The notes beneath the pieces were generated by a model. It searched no databases. It had not been told where the DNA came from and worked only from the letters and a program-made list of their open reading frames with translations. A stretch of DNA of 64,000 nucleotides from positions 89,652,001 to 89,716,000 of the forward strand of contig NC_043003.1 in assembly GCF_006345805.1 (NCBI RefSeq), in the 5' to 3' direction. Of this stretch, positions 53,303 through 64,000 are shown piece by piece; position 1 is the first letter of the stretch, and every line of letters begins with the position of its first letter. The position numbers and the translations under genes were made by a program. This DNA is from Octopus sinensis. Lineage: Eukaryota.

Positions 53303-55670
53303 TCATCATCATCATCATCGTTTAACATCCGTTTTCCGTGCTAGCACGGGTTGGATGGTACGACCGGGGTCTGGGAAGCCAGGAGGCTGCACCAGGCTCC
53401 AGTCTGATCTGGCAGTGTTTCTACAGCTGGATGCCCTTCCTAACGCCAGCCACTCCGCGAGTGTAGTGGGTGCTTTTTACGTGCCACCGGCACAGGTGCC
53501 AGGGGAGTCTGGCAGCCGCCACGATCGGTTGGTGCTTTTAATGTGCCACCGGCACAGAAGCCAGTCAAGGTGGCGCTGGCATCAGCCACGCTCGGATGGT
53601 GCTTTTTATGTGCCACCGGCACAGAAGCCAGTTGAGGCGGAGCTGGCATATGGTTCAGATGGTGCTTTTTATGTGCCACCGGCACAGGTATCACAACTAC
53701 TATTTCCATTGATATTTATTTCGATGTTCATGTACTTGACTCAATAGGTCTCCTCAAGCACAGCAGGTTGTTCTGAAGTCCAAGGTACTTTGAATGGGCA
53801 GGGGCTATGGGGAACTGGTGCAGGAAGCAGCCCAGGTCTTTGCAGTTACAGCATATCTCCAGAGATCTCGGTCCTTCGTCATTGCCTCTGTGAGGCCCAA
53901 TATTCTGAGGTCATGCTTGACTACCTCATCCCATGTCTTCCTGGGTCTACCTCCCCCCCTGATACCTTCAACTGTTTGGAAGCGGCACTTCTTCACACTT
54001 CTCTCCTCATCCATCCGCAGTACATGACCATACCATCGCAAGCATCACTCTTGCACACCACATCTGATGCTTCTTATGTCCAGCATTTCTCTCAGGGTGC
54101 TTACACTCTGTCGTGCACGCACACTGACATTACACATCCAGCGGATCATGTTAGCTTCATTTCTTTCAAGTCTACGCATGTCCTCTGCAGTCACAGCCCA
54201 TGTTTCACTACCGTGAAGCATGGCAGTTCACACACATGCATCATACAATCTACCTTTCATTCTGAGCGAGAGACCCTTTGTCGCCAGTAGGGGTAGGAGC
54301 TTTCTAAACTTTGCCCAGGCTATTCGTATTCTAGTGGTGACACTCTCTGAGCATCCACCTCCACTACTAACTTGGTCACCCAGGTAGCGGAAACTATCAA
54401 CTACTTCTAGTTTCTCCCCCTGGAGTGTGATGGAATCTGTTTTCTGAGTATCTGTGGTGTGTGCTGAGTTCACCTTTCTGCTTACAATAACTTTGGTCTT
54501 TGCTACATTTACTCTAAGGCCCCTTGATTCTAACCCTTGCTTCCACACCCGAAATTTCTTTTCTAGTTCCGGTAGTGATTCTGCTATGAGAGCCAGGTCA
54601 TCAGCATAGAGGAGCTCCCAGGGGCAACCTGTTTTGAATTCCTCTGTTATTGCCTGGAGGGCTATGATGAATAAAAGGGGACTGAGGGCTGAGCCTTGGT
54701 GTACACCTACTTCTACCTGGAATTCTTCACAATATTCATTGCCAATCCTAACCTTGTTGACAGCCTCTCTGTATAGAGCCTGTACAGCCCTTATTAGCCA
54801 TTCGTCAATCTCCAGTTTCCGCATCGACCACCAGATAAGGGAACGGGGAACCCTGTCAAAGGCTTTCTCCAAGTCCACAAAAGCTATGTAGAGGGGTTTA
54901 TCTTTAGCTAGGTACTTCTCCTGCAGTTGTCGGACCAGGAATATAGCATCAATGGTGCTTCTACCCGGCACAAAACCAAACTGCATCTCATCTAAGCAAA
55001 TTCTCTCCCTAATGAGATGGGTTATGACCTTCATCACCTGATCCAACAGATTAATACCCCTGTAGTTATTTCTATCTAGAGCATCACCTTTACCCTTGTA
55101 GCAGTTGACTATGGTGCTGCTACGCGTCATTGGGTATGACTCCATTATGAACTACCTGGTTTACAATGCGGGTGACTAGGCCATAGCCCACACAACCAAC
55201 TGTCTTAAGCATCCCAACAGTGATTCCTGATGGGCCGGGGGCTTTACCTGGTTTCATACCCTTAATTGCCTTAACTACAAGAGAGTTTTCTATTCGGATA
55301 GCTAGTCCCTCTACTGAGTCAACACTTGGCAGGCTCTCCTCCTCCCATTCATCAGTCTTTCATAATGGCTTCTCCAAGCCTCTTTCTTTTCACCATCATC
55401 CATGCGGACACATTTCTCTCCTGTAACATCACTATTTTCTCTCACACACTGTCTAGCAATCCGAAATACCTCAGTTCTTTGGTCCTCACGTCGTTGGACA
55501 TTGGCAAACTTCTTTTCTGCTACATCTTTGGCTATGTATACCTGCCGCCCAGCCTCCCTTTTGGCTACCTGGTACAGTTCCCTGCTACTCCCATCCCTTC
55601 AGGCCTGTTTCTTTGCACTAATGGCTTTGTCTACTGTACTATTCCACCACAGATGTATAGTCTTGTCTTG
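53303..55670 (-). mobile_element. RTE-clade LINE, 5'-truncated, with minisatellite-containing 3' UTR and (GAT)n tail
   Basis: ORF 54228-55145 (FVDLEKAFD, VHQGSALSPLLF, LLYADDL) and ORF 53805-54041 (RWYGHVLR). The 3' UTR carries GAAGGGCATCCAGCTGTAGAAA. Confidence 0.92.
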
Positions 55671-55689
55671 ATATCACATGGCAGTTGTA

Positions 55690-55860
55690 AATAAGCCAGT
55701 CTTCTATGAAAACAATATCTGATCATGGGGAAGTATTACCTTACTTGGAAACTGGTGAGGTTTGCCAACAAGAAGGGCATCCAGCCATAGAAAATCTGTC
55801 TCAACAAATTTCATTTAACCCATGAAAATATGAGTAATTTTCTAAATAATGATGAATTTA
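55690..55860 (+). mobile_element. RTE-type 3' tail fragment (different subfamily)
   Basis: GAAGGGCATCCAGCCATAGAAAA motif ending in AATGATGA. Confidence 0.6.
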
Positions 55861-55898
55861 ACAATAACAGAACAAACAAATGTACAAAATATGTTTTA

Positions 55899-56191
55899 TT
55901 ATACTTTATATAAATGTGTGATACAGTAAATTAAAGCAGCAAATTTATTATCCTTCTTAAAGTGAGACCGCCAAATAAATTCAGCTAAGAGAGACTGAAA
56001 TACAGCTTTGTCACTAGTTAGATGTTTCCGGCGCAATTTTCCCTTGACTCTAAGCCACATCCTGTCAATATCACTGGTTTGATTTTCTGAATCTCTTTCA
56101 ATTAGATTTATATAGTCGTGAGTATATATGCCTTGTTGGATTTGACTAATTTGAAGGTATTCAGCCCAAACACCTGACACAATGTGAGTAC
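55899..56191 (-). CDS. Merlin/ISXO2-like transposase-derived gene, last coding exon
   Basis: Acceptor TTTATTGTAG|GT at 56192/56191, in frame with the upstream exon. Translation THIVSGVWAEY..IDRMWLRVK..LLAEFIWR..FAALIYCITHLYKV*. Confidence 0.85.
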
Positions 56192-56789
56192 CTACAATAA
56201 AAATAAAGATATTTTGTCATCTCTAGATAATAATAGCCAATATAGATGTTGGCCCATTGGTTGGTTGATTTCTCCAGTTACACTTTATATAACATAAGAG
56301 GTGAAGAAAGATAATATAAGATAAAACAGCAAGTTAACATAAAAGATGCAGGACAAGGGTCCTGCAACTTCTTTGTTTAACTCAGAAAAATACATGTTTT
56401 TTTAAAATGAAATTTTGCAGAGATAGGTTTTCAATGGACTCAATTGCAACTATGTTGATAAAAAGAACAACATATATTTATTGCAAATATGAGAAATTTT
56501 CAAAATTTAATTAAGGTAATAAATATTATTCTTTTAGAAATTAGTATTCCATTTCTAAATTTTCCCAGGCATACCCATTGGGGAAAAAGTATACTTCCAT
56601 AATACCTATCAATATGACGAGTAACACTCTAATCAACAATCAGCAACAAAACGAAAGGTAAATAATTATAAAACCTGATTTTGTGTTGCTATTTATCCGT
56701 GAGCACAGATGATTTAGAAGCCAAATTGGAGCCTAAAATGTCCAGTTACTGAATTCATATACAAAAAAAAAAAAGGCACTGTTTTGATA

Positions 56790-57645
56790 GCCATACATGA
56801 AAAGTGAAAGTCTTTCTTCAGCAATTTCTGTGACAATATTCACTATCTGAGTGACATTGCTGTGTTTACTTTGCAAGTTGTGAAATTTGTATTTTTGTGA
56901 TCACGTGTGTCTGCTGTAGTCTGTGATTTTGTTGTGGACAGGAACAAAGAGTCAACGTGAAACTTTGTGTTAAACTTAGGAAGTCTGCTACAGAGGTATT
57001 GAGCATGCTTTGGCAAGCTTACAGCGAAGAGGCAATGAGTCATATACAATGTTTCGAGTGAGACAGGCACTTCAAAGGTGGAAGAATGTCCCTGGAAGAC
57101 CTTCCACAAGCGTCACCCGTGGAAATGTGCTAGTGTGCATTGGAAATTCGTCCCCCAGGGCCAAACCCATCGATTGACAATTATACTGCAACGTTTTGAA
57201 GCATCTGAAGGAGGACAGTGAGCAAAGACAACTGGATCCATGGAGCATGAAGAATTGGATTCTTCACAATGACAATGCACCCTGTCACCAAGCTCTCCTC
57301 ACTCGTGAGTTTCTCACCAAAAACAACATGGTATCACTTCTGCACCTACCCTATTCACCAGATTTATCACTTGTGGACTTTCATCTCTTCCCCAATATGA
57401 AAAAGCTACTCAATAATCATCATTTTAACACCACTGTTGAGATCCAGAGTGAATTGCAAAAGGTCCTCAACTTGCTTACAGAAAACAAATCCCAGGCCAG
57501 ATTTCAAAAGTGGCAGGAATACTGGGACTGGTGTATTGCTGTGCAAAGTGACTATTTTGAAAGAGATGATGTTAAAACTTAGAACTTAGGCAAATAAGTT
57601 ATTTTTTTTTTATCAAACATAACTAGTCCAGGAACTTTTTGATAT
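56790..57645 (+). mobile_element. mariner transposon, internally deleted
   Basis: WILHNDNAPCH, PYSPDLSLVDFHLF and KWQEYWDWCIAVQSDYFE. Confidence 0.88.
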
Positions 57646-57684
57646 CACTTTTGATATGCACAGAAATACATACACACACATATA

Positions 57685-59315
57685 CAGAGTGCCTCAAAAA
57701 GATTTACCTATGTTTAAAACTCTTCCTAAAGAATATCGGTTGAGGTAAAATTATTGCAAAACATGACCAGATTGTCGCTTTGAAAACAGCCAGAGTGAGC
57801 AACAAGGACACGACAAAACAGTTGAATGTGTGCCATAAAGCAGTGGTCAATACCTGGAAACAATATATGGAGTCTGCTACTACCTTTAGCAAGCTAACTC
57901 CTAGTAGGAAACAATCAGTTTGTAACAAACAAATTGTTGAAGATGTGAAGAAGCAAATGAACCGAAATCCCTGCAGGAGTGCAAAAAAAAAAAAAAACTG
58001 CAAAAGCTCTTGATATTTTGAAATTGTCAATGCACAGGATTTTTAAAGAGGATTTAAAGTTAACTGCATACAAGAAATAATCCCAGTAGTTAATTTCACC
58101 AGCTCCCAAGAAGAAACGGCTTGGTAGGAGTAAAACCATGTTAGCTGAGATGAAGTGCACCACTAACAAAGTGTTGATCTGGTCTGATGAGAAGATCTTC
58201 ACCATAGAGGCAGTTACCAACAGGCAGAGTGATAGGCTTTATGCATGTAATGCAGGAGACTTGCCTGAAGATAACAGGAATCGTTTACACTGTCAGAAGA
58301 CAGCTTCACTCATGGTGTGGGGCGCAGTTGCATCTGATAGGTTCAAGTCTCCCTTGATCTTCATCAATGCTGGTGTCAAAGTCAACAGTGAAGTTTATGC
58401 GGAAATGTTGGATGACAAGAGTGTTACCCTGGGTCACAGAAACCTTTGGTGACCATTATGTCATGCAAAGAGAATTTCAGTGGTCTTTGAGACAAGACCA
58501 TATGGCCTCCCTCCAAGTCCAGACATCAATTCCATGGACTTTGCTATTTGGTCCATCATAGAAATCTTTCTGCTTGCTCCTATTCAAATGTGTCAGATCT
58601 GAAGAAAGACCTTCTCTCTTCATAGGTCAAGTTGACTGAAGAGGTGGTATGGCACTCATGCAACTCAGTGACCACTCATTTGCAGGCTATGGTCAAGGAG
58701 AAAGGTGGTCATTTTGAAATGTAATTACTGCAATGGATTGACAATTTACATTAAAACACATGTGCCAAATTTCATTATCCTACCTTAAGTTTCATCGTCA
58801 TCGTTTAACGTCCGCTTTCCATGCTAGCATGGGTTGGATGATTTGACTGAGGGCTGGTGAACCAGATGGCTGCACCAGGCTTCAATCTTGATCTGGCAGA
58901 GTTTCTACAGCTGGATGCCCTTCCTAATGCCAACCACTCCAAGAGTGTAGTGGGTGCTTTTACGTGCCAGTCAGGCGGTACTGGCAACGGCCTCGCTCGG
59001 ATCTTTTACACATGCCACCGGCACAGGTGCCAGTAAGGCAATGCTGGTAATGATCACGCTCAAATGGTGTCTTTTATGTGCCACTGGCACGGAGGCCAGA
59101 TAGCCACTCTGGCAACAATCATGCTCGGATGGTGCTCTTAATACCCTACTAACACGGGGCTCGAGTGCCAGTAAGGCGACGCTGGTAATGATCACACTCG
59201 AATGGTGCCTTTTAAGTGCCACTGGCATGGAAGCCGGTTAGCCACTCTGTCAATGATCACACTCGTATGATGCTCTTAAAAAATATCAATGGGTAAATGT
59301 TTCTGGGACACCCTG
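57685..59315 (+). mobile_element. Tc1/mariner (maT/DD37D-like) transposon with TIRs and TA TSD
   Basis: TA|CAGAGTGCCTCAAAAAGATTTACC at the left end and GGTAAATGTTTCTGGGACACCCTG|TA at the right end. Motifs IWSDEKIFT, MVWGAV and WPPSSPDINSMDFAIW. An RTE tail is inserted at 58793-59278. Confidence 0.88.
58793..59278 (-). mobile_element. RTE 3' UTR fragment with minisatellite
   Basis: Same family as 53303-53790. Confidence 0.85.
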
Positions 59316-60790
59316 TATACACTAAAGTACATCAAGATAAGCAATTCAGAAAATTAAAGAAATAAAAATTTTTTACATCAATTGCTGAAGAAACTTTTAC
59401 TTTTCATGTATGGCTATCAAAAGAATGCCAAAAAGTTTCTAAGCAAACAACAAAACACATTGAAAGTTGCTGTCCACAACTCATGTCAAAAACTGTCCAA
59501 GACAGAGTTTGGTTTTCAAATTTTAGGACTTCTAGTTATTAGAGGATTGGTGGGAGGGACAAAATGAGTAACTTCTGTTTTTTTTTTTTTTTCCCTACTA
59601 GTCTGAAATCATTAGATTGCAAATAATGGATCATCGTTTTGTATTATTATATTATATTTACGAGTTAAAAATTGGTCAGCATAATTGTCGTTGGAGTCCA
59701 GAACATGGCAGGTCCACTTTTTTCAAGAAAAGTTTCAACTTTGACCTGATTGTAATTGAGATTGCTAACAAAATATCTGGAAAATTTTTGGTGCTTAACA
59801 ATCAATATTCTGTTTTCTAAAGGATTCCAAGTCAATTTTTCCCACATGTTCAAGTTGATAATTTTCAATGTCTAAAATGAGTAACGACTAATTTCAATGA
59901 TTTCTTCTCTTTAACTACACGGTGTGTAAATATATCATGAAGGGGACACTCCAGCAGATTGTGAAGAAGCTATAGAAAATATTTTATGTTGAATTTTTTT
60001 TTTCATTTAGCCAAGTTCCATAGATTTCATATAATGTCCTATTTTTCCCTGATTATTTTTCATTTTACCTGGATATTTAAAATTTTTGTTGCATTTCTGA
60101 TATCTTAGGACGGATAATCATGTGTATGAGTCTGTATCCTGGAGAATTGAAGCGGCAAAATTACTTTATTTTGCCCCAGCCAAATTTGCCTTTTATATGC
60201 TTTATAAGAGAACGGCAATAATTTTCTAAAACAATGATCAGATTGTTATAATGCTTTTAATGCATTTAGGGAAGCAATTTGCTTGGCTGATATAGTTTTG
60301 AAAGGTAGTGAATATTTGTAAAAAAAAAATTGTAAAAAAAAATATTTTGTCTCTAATGCAGCAAAAACACCTCATTTTACCCCACCCACCCCTATATAAA
60401 CACTATAATTCATTTCAGACGAAATAGGAGGCATTTCTCTAGAATCGAATCGGAAATCATTCAGTTTGCCCAAAACTACTTTCTTCGGATGAGTTTCAAG
60501 TATTGTAAAATACTATTCTGCAGTAAATAAATTAATAATAAAATAAAAAAGGAGGGTAAATTTTTACTATTTTATACCAGTCAGCAGATTCTGATATACC
60601 CTCGGCAATAGCTATAGTAACCTCATGGAGAAGGAAATGAACAAGGAATTGGGTGATTGTTTCCTTCAGTAGAATTTTTGTACCCCAAAATAAGACGTTT
60701 TTACATTTTTACTTCTACCTCCACCCCAATTCCGTGTCCCTTTGCCATAAAGATTTACTACTGCATTACTATATTATTACTATATTATTT

Positions 60791-62723
60791 GGTTAATATA
60801 GGGCGTAACAAATATCAGAAAATCAAAAAAAAAATGTGTGTAATAGGTGTAAAACAACTTCCTATGAACGAATATGAAAAAAAAAATTCGCGCACGCGAA
60901 AGGAGGGTGGGGGAGAGGCCTCGGAAAATTCACATCGGGAAGTTCCGAAAGCGTCTGAGGAGCTGACCCGGGCACCAAAACCAAAAAAAAATAGTGTAAT
61001 ATGTGTAAAACAACTTGCTCTAAACGAATATGACAAAAAAAAATGCGCTCTCGCGAAAGAGGGGTGGGGGAGAGGCCTCGGAATATTTATATCGGGAATT
61101 TCCGAAAGCGTCTGAACCGGGCACAAAAACAAAAACAAAAACAGCGTAATAGGTGTAAAACAACTTGCTCTAAACGACTATCATGAAAAAAATGCGCGCT
61201 CGCGAAAGGGGGGTGGGGGAGAGGCTTCGGAAATTTCACATCTTCAGTCCACGGCCTTTAAACTAAGAAAAAATAGTGTAATTGGTGTAAAACTACTTGT
61301 TCTAAACGAGTATCAAGAACACACACTCACACATGAATCATAAACTCCGTATTTCGCAAAAAAAAAAAAATAAAGAGAAGAAATTCTGGAAAAAGTGAAG
61401 AAATGTTGGATCTCCGCCATGTGAATCAAAATACGTGTCAGAAACATCTTGAAATACTACAGAAATTATGTTACGAAAATGATAATGTATACATACCTCT
61501 TTGAGTGGTCCATCGATAATGATGATAAAGAAATGAGTTGGATTTAAACTCAGAATATTGACTAACACAACTACATACTACAAGACTCAAAATATTCAGC
61601 CAAGTCACCACCCTTTAACTAGCAATAATAATAACATCAATAACATAACAGCCAAAAGATTTATTTGTTCTGAAAATAACAATCATAGTAAATAAATATG
61701 TTCTTTAATATTCACATTCATGTGCACAGTTAAACACACTTACATACAAACAGTCACGCATGCATAATACAAAACGGAACACATAAATGAAGGATGCATT
61801 ACTTAGTATATATTACATCTAGAGAATTTTGATTAATAAGTCAAATATGCAAATTATAAAGATAATTAATTGCTTTACTAAACAGTGTTGTAAAGGTGAA
61901 AAAATAAATTTGGGAAAAAAATACACGCCAAAACTAATTAATAAAGGATAATTAGGGAAGGATTGACACAAAATAATAATTTTTTCTGTCTCTTTTTTTC
62001 TGATAAATGCATCTTAATAAGTGAGAAGAATTGCATATATCTGAACTATTTCAAAGAAAAGCATAAATTTAATGTTTAAAATAGCTTTAACCAAGGAATG
62101 AGATCTAACATTTCTTCACTTTTTCCAGAATTTCTTCTCTTTATTTTTTTTTTTTGCGAAATACGGAGTTTATGATTCATGTGTGAGTGTGTGTTCTTGA
62201 TACTCGTTTAGAACAAGTAGTTTTACACCAATTACACTATTTTTTCTTAGTTTAAAGGCCGTGGACTGAAGATGTGAAATTTCCGAAGCCTCTCCCCCAC
62301 CCCCCTTTCGCGAGCGCGCATTTTTTTCATGATAGTCGTTTAGAGCAAGTTGTTTTACACCTATTACGCTGTTTTTGTTTTTGTTTTTGTGCCCGGTTCA
62401 GACGCTTTCGGAAATTCCCGATATAAATATTCCGAGGCCTCTCCCCCACCCCTCTTTCGCGAGAGCGCATTTTTTTTTGTCATATTCGTTTAGAGCAAGT
62501 TGTTTTACACATATTACACTATTTTTTTTTTTGTTTTGGTGCCCGGGTCAGCTCCTCAGACGCTTTCGGAACTTCCCGATGTGAATTTTCCGAGGCCTCT
62601 CCCCCACCCCCCTTTCGCGTGCGCGAATTTTTTTTTTCATATTCGTTCATAGGAAGTTGTTTTACACCTATTACACACATTTTTTTTTTGATTTTCTGAT
62701 ATTTGTTACGCCCTATATTAACC
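60791..62723. mobile_element. foldback-like element: ~623-bp near-identical modular inverted repeats with 687-bp spacer
   Basis: Arms 60791-61413 and 62101-62723, each with three to four ~120-bp sub-repeats and GGTTAA ends. Confidence 0.9.
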
Positions 62724-63087
62724 GATTTACTACTGCACTAGTCTCACGAGACGGACGTAAAAAGCTTTTTCCTGTCCGTAACTTTTCATTTTCGAACTTC
62801 TTTTGGAATTTTTTTTTTTTCAGACTTTAAACATCTGGGATTATGATTCCTATAAAAATTTTAAAATATGCGTAACCTTTTAAATTTGAATTTCGAAAAT
62901 AAAAAAAATTGAAAAAAAAAAAACAGGAAAGACGGGGTTGGCAAATTTTCTCTTTTGTGTGTGGCGCCATAATCTACGATTCTTAAAACATAATAGTAAA
63001 AAAAAGGGCGGGGAGTTTTTTGGCGTACTAGACATTTTCCGAATATTCTACATGAATGTCGAAATGTGGAATTTTATTAAATCATAC

Positions 63088-63787
63088 CTGGCAAAACCCA
63101 ACGAACAATTGCAGCTTCGAAAGCTTCTTTATTTCGATGTTCAATTGGCACTAGAAAACATTTTTCACTTCCTCGTTCAATTCCTCCAAAAACCTTATAT
63201 CCTTTCACATGTTTTTTCCCGTTAGGTTTAGGTTTGGAAATTGTGGTCACATCTATTTCGACGACTTTTGGTTTACCAGTTTGTGAATCGAAACCGCCTA
63301 TCTCCGGTGGGTCGTCACCTAATTCAGTCGGATGGTCTTCTAAGAATCCTTCCAATAATTCTCGGATATACTGACACAAATCATCGATAGTGTTTACATT
63401 GACTTTTGTTTCGTGAGCTATTTCAGAATTTAGATGCTCTCTGGACCACATATACATAAGCCATATAAATGTTGTCAGTGAGACGTCACTATCCTCAAAA
63501 ATCGATCCGATGCGGACTGACTGAGTGAAGGAGTCCAGATCACATTTCCATCTCTTTCCGTCAATATCTTCCGGATGATCGACCAGTGTACATAAATTGC
63601 TACAGGTGGAACACTTCACGCAATTGCTAATTAGCCGGTGTTTGGCTAACCATGTAATTGCTACTTCATTTGTGTTAGTTTGGGGGATTAGATCAAAGAA
63701 TTTCCATGTTTCTTGTCGAATTTCTTGGTCATTCATGACATCACTGCATATTGTTGTTGGCTCTGCTTGTCCGGCAGGATCAATCAT
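63088..63787 (-). CDS. Merlin/ISXO2-like transposase-derived gene, main coding exon
   Basis: Open 233 codons from ATG 63787, with a possible acceptor at 63803 so an upstream exon may exist. CSTC..DGKRWKC, GSIFEDS, VVEIDV, VFGGIERGS and WVLPG motifs. Donor CCAG|GTATGA at 63087 (phase 1). Confidence 0.88.
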
Positions 63788-64000
63788 TTCAGAAGAAGTC
63801 AACTTTTATAAAACAAATAATTCATGTGTCAACTACAAGCAATGTGTTTATATGGAATTTTTGTTTTAGTAGTGTTAGTTTCGTATTGCTTACCGGCAGA
63901 GCTTTTGTCACATTTTGTATTACAGGCTGTTAGCTTCGTATTATTTCATTAAATTTCATTGCAAACCAGGACATCAACGAATCCTTCATATGTTTATCAA

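Overview
Eukaryotic, very AT- and microsatellite-rich, transposon-dense DNA. The SINE/LINE repertoire suggests an octopus (coleoid cephalopod); this is inference from recalled repeat families, not a search. There are two host-type genes. (1) A 3-exon ETFBKMT/METTL20 lysine methyltransferase on + (29376-42646, 261 aa). (2) A spliced Merlin/IS1595(ISXO2)-like transposase-derived gene on - (exons 63787-63088 and 56191-55899, about 330 aa, 6.9-kb intron) with an altered DDE triad, which looks domesticated. The rest is nested Helitron, RTE, CR1-group, L1/Tx1, Penelope, Tc1/mariner, SINE and foldback material plus many long inverted repeats. The most notable signal is a 353-bp tandem unit carrying a type I hammerhead ribozyme (retrozyme-like, three ribozyme copies). 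An L1/Tx1-type 5' junction (24600) and an L1/Tx1-type 3' junction (15655) both fall at the same 15-nt site immediately 5' of the ribozyme. This suggests a sequence-specific LINE that targets a retrozyme and could be released from the co-transcript by the flanking hammerheads. All alignments, folds and translations outside the supplied ORF track were done by eye, and TE boundaries are approximate unless a TSD or terminal motif is quoted.
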